NCBI RefSeq assembly: GCF_001545095.1
Contig: NZ_CP013213.1
Span: forward strand, 450,001 to 482,000
Source of the DNA: Erysipelothrix larvae
GTDB taxonomy: Bacteria; Bacillota_I; Bacilli_A; Erysipelotrichales; Erysipelotrichaceae
Reading direction: 5' to 3'
Length of the DNA stretch: 32,000 bases
Below, piece after piece: positions 31,239 to 32,000 of this stretch. Position 1 is the first letter of the stretch; each line of letters opens with the position of its first letter. The notes beneath the pieces were generated by a model, which worked only from the letters and a program-made list of their open reading frames with translations, did not search any database and was not told the origin of the DNA. The position numbers were made by a program, and so were the translations under genes.

Positions 31239-31289
31239 TACTATACAACACGGTTGTAACTACCGGTCAAGTGATATGGAGGGTTTTTT

Positions 31290-31688
31290 ATGGCAACAAT
31301 GAAAGAAGTGTGTACACAACTGGATCTCAGTTATGAAACATTGAAATATTACTGCAATGAAGGGCTTGTACCCAATCACACGCGGGATAAAAACAATCAC
31401 CGTATTTTCAGTGAGAAAGACATCCAATGGATCAGTGGACTTTTATGTCTAAGAGATTGTGGCATGAGTATTAAGGATATGAAACAATACATGGCGTATG
31501 CCTATGAGGGAATGGATTCAATTCTTAAACGCAAAGCAATGCTTGAAGAAACAAAGCAAGACCTGGAAGCGCGTTTATCAGTCATTCAAAGATCCTTGGA
31601 TTTTATCGATACAAAACAACAATACTACGATGATGTGTTAGCGGGTAAAATTGCGCTTACCAGTAATCTAAATCTAGATGAAGCATAA
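31290..31688 (+). CDS. MerR-family transcriptional regulator
   Basis: N-terminal HTH (MKEVCTQLDLSYETLKYYCNEGLVP...R.FSEKDIQWISGLLCLRDCGMSIKDMKQY) followed by a coiled-coil dimerisation helix. Confidence 0.85.
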   Translation: MATMKEVCTQLDLSYETLKYYCNEGLVPNHTRDKNNHRIFSEKDIQWISGLLCLRDCGMSIKDMKQYMAYAYEGMDSILKRKAMLEETKQDLEARLSVIQRSLDFIDTKQQYYDDVLAGKIALTSNLNLDEA

Positions 31689-31743
31689 TAAAAACGACCA
31701 TGATATAGTTAAATTAATAGTTTTAGAATTTTAGGAGGTATCT

Positions 31744-32000
31744 ATGACAACCAGACTAAAAGAATCCATAGAAAATGATAGCTCTCAATTAGGTAATAAG
31801 AAATGGATATTCTTCGATGTTGGTTATACTCTTACCAATGAAACCAAATGTTATGAGGACCACGTCAAACAATGCGTTGATAGATTATCTAAAAAAAATA
31901 TAGTTGTATCAGAAACTGATTATTATAATTTGATGATTGATGCTTCTAAGAATGGACTGAAACCTATAAGATCTGTTTGGGAACAGTTTAGCAATAAAGA
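31744..32000 (+). CDS. HAD-superfamily-like hydrolase, 3'-partial (runs off the window)
   Basis: RBS aggagg lies 7 nt upstream of ATG 31744. The frame is open to the window end. WIFFDVGYTL resembles HAD motif I, but Gly occupies the second Asp position. Not in the ORF track because there is no stop. Confidence 0.5.
   Translation, partial: MTTRLKESIENDSSQLGNKKWIFFDVGYTLTNETKCYEDHVKQCVDRLSKKNIVVSETDYYNLMIDASKNGLKPIRSVWEQFSNK

Noticed and set aside
13380-31688. Searched for hallmarks of defence, toxin-antitoxin, secretion or biosynthetic clusters (nucleases, ATPases, helicases, methyltransferases, small toxin/antitoxin pairs)
   Set aside because: None of the translated ORFs shows Walker A/B, HNH, PD-(D/E)xK, DEAD-box or similar motifs. 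The only non-housekeeping candidates are those listed as findings.

Overview
AT-rich, Firmicutes-style window (strong AGGAGG-type RBSs, LPXTG sorting signal, rho-independent terminators, standard genetic code); my guess is a Bacillota/Erysipelotrichia-like genome. No rRNA, tRNA or CRISPR array was seen. The first 13.3 kb is one giant ORF that is already open at base 1, so its 5' end lies outside the window. It encodes RCC1-like propeller blades, an unassigned middle region, about 27 tandem 132-aa DUF11-type repeats and a C-terminal LPKTG wall anchor. Six of the repeats are nearly identical at the DNA level. Downstream sit two diverged tandem copies of a two-gene module (single-pass membrane protein plus bactofilin), convergent with mltG. 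I consider this the best candidate for an undescribed system. The rest of the window holds: a cation/H+ antiporter with a terminator-containing leader; an AraC regulator followed by a canonical GH3, a circularly permuted membrane-anchored GH3 and a PAP2 phosphatase; a small hypothetical ORF; a DUF2974 (Mbeg1-like) hydrolase; an ISL3-family element with a zinc-ribbon accessory ORF and unusual multi-copy ends; a histidine phosphatase divergent from a MerR regulator; and a 3'-truncated HAD-like ORF. All family calls come from motif recognition by eye. No database search was run.
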